From Phoronis australis (Eukaryota > Animalia > Phoronida): a stretch of DNA of 50,911 nt. The stretch covers positions 189,534-240,444 of the forward strand of contig NMRA01000239.1 of NCBI GenBank assembly GCA_002633005.1, given 5' to 3'. Of the stretch, positions 49,490-50,911 are shown one piece after another (positions within the stretch are counted from its first letter, which is position 1; each line of letters begins with the position of its first letter). The position numbers were made by a program, and so were the translations under genes. A model generated the notes under the pieces. The model did not search any database. It had not been told where the DNA came from and saw only the letters and a list, made by a program, of their open reading frames with translations.

Positions 49490-49611
49490 TATTCTGTATT
49501 TGATGCCTTGACTTCTCTTAATCTACACAGTGTTAACAATAAAATAGGTATAAGAAATTTTCCTTTTTTACATTTATTTACTGAGTTAAAAACGTAATGG
49601 AGTGGTCAAGA

Positions 49612-49720
49612 TGTGATGGAGGAAAAAATTTGTAATGGAGGTGACAATTTTTAACGGAGAGGACGATTTGTAATGGAGAGGACAATTTGTAAAGCAGAGG
49701 ACAATTTGTATAGGAGGGAA
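49612..49720 (+). repeat. About 19-bp minisatellite (ggagaggacaatttgtaat), about 5 units
   Basis: Visible periodicity. Confidence 0.8.
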
Positions 49721-50872
49721 CAGTATGTAGACTTTTAGCGATTAGCGTAGAAGTGGCAATCAGCAATCTAAGTGTTTTTGGTCAAATACAAGTTCCTTTC
49801 AATGTGTCACCGCATCCTAAATGGTAAATCAAGAAGTTTACATTAGTAATTTGGATCTAGCTAGATAAAATACATATTGAAAACCTTAATATAAACTATT
49901 CAGAGGACTTGTTTTCATGTTTTTGTTTGAAGAGCAATTGCACTAAAATGTCCTGAAAATGTGTCGAGTGGTCACGGGTGAGAGGGTGGGTCACTCCACC
50001 ATTGATTGAGTGTGCGCCTGGGAAGTGAGAATCGTGATGATAAGAAACTACCCTTTTAGAGAGATAGCATGATGAAAAGGAGCCCATTGGCTGGGGCCAT
50101 CTATGAAAAGTTGACCTTTTGCAGAGGATTTTCCCATTGATTTTAAATGCAACAAATTGCTAATTATTGAGTTAACAGTTATTATTAAATAATCAGTTAG
50201 ACTATAGTTTTTAACTCAACAGACCTAAATTCTTTTTTAGAATTCTGGTGTTGCTATAACATGACCCTTTCATAGAGCTCTTAATCCACTGAGTGAACCT
50301 TTTCATATCTAGAAAATTGGTAAAGTCACCCTTCCAGTTGGGTATTTAGTTTTTTAATAACGATTTGAGTGACACATGCCACCTTTGAAAGTAACCTTGG
50401 TTATGTGAAACTTGACTTCATGGCACAGAAGTTTATTTTGCATCTAATTAATAATTATCATATGCATTGTGCAATGCATATAAATTAAATAATTGACCAA
50501 ACACCATAATGAGTTGTGCAAAGGAAAGAACGCTGAAGTATGAGAGGACAGAGGAACCTAAAAGATTGAGAAATGTCTGAATAAGATATCGAACAAAGTC
50601 AAGACTTTATTTCATAGACTAGTAATCCTAAAATGTTCTCAGCATTGACTAGGCAGTTCTTGTTTGATGTGTCTGAAGTCCCAACAAATAGGCAAAAAAC
50701 TTCTGGGAACTTTCCCGGGCCATCATTCTACTAGCGCTACCTGCTTGAGATTATGAAAATTTTTGTCTTATAACATAGTGCAGTTTATGTACACTGTTTT
50801 TTATTACGAGAATCACGTTTTATTACTTGGCGGAATTCTTCGAATTCCGTCAAGTATGTTGCTCTGACAGCA

Positions 50873-50874
<2 letters not shown>

Positions 50875-50911
<37 letters not shown>
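50875..50911. repeat. Poly-T tract cut off by the window end
   Basis: At least 37 T; may be the poly-A tail of a minus-strand retroelement. Confidence 0.85.

Overview
AT-rich, intron-rich eukaryotic DNA, probably from a marine invertebrate; the species cannot be determined from the sequence. Four protein-coding loci can be rebuilt from splice signals, intron phase and translation. (1) Plus strand, about 1142-12010: the 3' part of ERCC6L/PICH (SNF2-family DNA translocase), 12 exons running from the inter-lobe region through helicase-C, the PICH-family domain, a long disordered acidic region and a C-terminal TPR. (2) Minus strand, about 14895-25573: a small single-pass membrane protein with about 35 cysteines. 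It has a candidate 18-nt microexon and two paralogous last exons that are necessarily mutually exclusive; one adds a Gly/Tyr/Pro/Gln/Arg repeat tail and the other ends in a short acidic tail. (3) Minus strand, about 34609-43686: a type I receptor with signal peptide, unknown N-terminal region, Sushi/CCP, ephrin-receptor-like (GCC2/GCC3) Cys repeats, TM and a short tail. (4) Plus strand, 48142-48202: a signal-peptide exon that resembles the first coding exon of gene 3 and points away from it, suggesting a head-to-head duplicate. Introns and intergenic DNA hold many non-autonomous DNA transposons (Kolobok-, Harbinger-, hAT- and Tigger-like), tRNA-derived SINE heads, LINE fragments, tandem repeats and near-perfect palindromes. 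All gene models come from manual reading and have no transcript support.
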